Source of the DNA: Callorhinchus milii
Lineage: Eukaryota
Direction: 5' to 3'
DNA length: 64,000 bases
Assembly (NCBI RefSeq): GCF_018977255.1
Contig: NW_024704743.1
Coordinates: forward strand, 33,730,001 to 33,794,000
Made by a program: the position numbers and the translations under genes. This document shows positions 63,843 through 64,000 of the stretch, in pieces; the first letter of the stretch is position 1; each line of letters opens with the position of its first letter. The notes below the pieces were generated by a model that was not told the DNA's origin, did no database searches, and worked only from the letters and a program-made list of their open reading frames with translations.

Positions 63843-64000
63843 AAAAAATGAATACATATATTGATTTATAGTAAAACATTTGATTACAGGTTTTTAAACT
63901 GATCTAGATTCCTTTTGTTCTCCTTCTATTGGTCCTTGGTTCCCATGTATAGGCATTTCTGCACATGCCCAAAATGCTTTTCTCAAAATAGATCAAACAA

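Overview
Vertebrate genomic DNA, most likely a cartilaginous fish. This is inferred from the L2/CR1 LINEs, the DeuSINE-like and tRNA-SINE repertoire and the protein divergence, and cannot be confirmed without a search. The window holds the 3' three-quarters of JARID2 on the + strand: 14 coding exons (5-18 by human numbering) from 3310 to 52950. All have GT-AG boundaries and consistent phases, and they total 3212 nt covering JmjN, ARID, the catalytically dead JmjC and the zinc finger. A ~1.6 kb 3'UTR follows, carrying miR-155 and miR-130 sites. The last two coding exons of DTNBP1 (dysbindin) lie convergently on the - strand, as in human. The introns are filled with L2 and CR1 LINE remnants, two L2-tailed SINE families and an unclassified old repeat. 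Main observations: (1) a pre-miRNA-like hairpin in JARID2 intron 6 (17404-17483) with a miR-15/503-type seed and basal UG, just behind a candidate stop-containing cryptic exon; (2) a SINE/CR1/Penelope-like chimera containing a minimal hammerhead-ribozyme motif (~31036-31071, - strand); (3) a truncated SINE whose 5' junction carries a 31-bp copy of JARID2 exon 17; (4) a possible bidirectional poly(A) signal shared by JARID2 and DTNBP1. Repeat boundaries are by eye and approximate. Exon numbering and family names come from recalled homology, not database searches.
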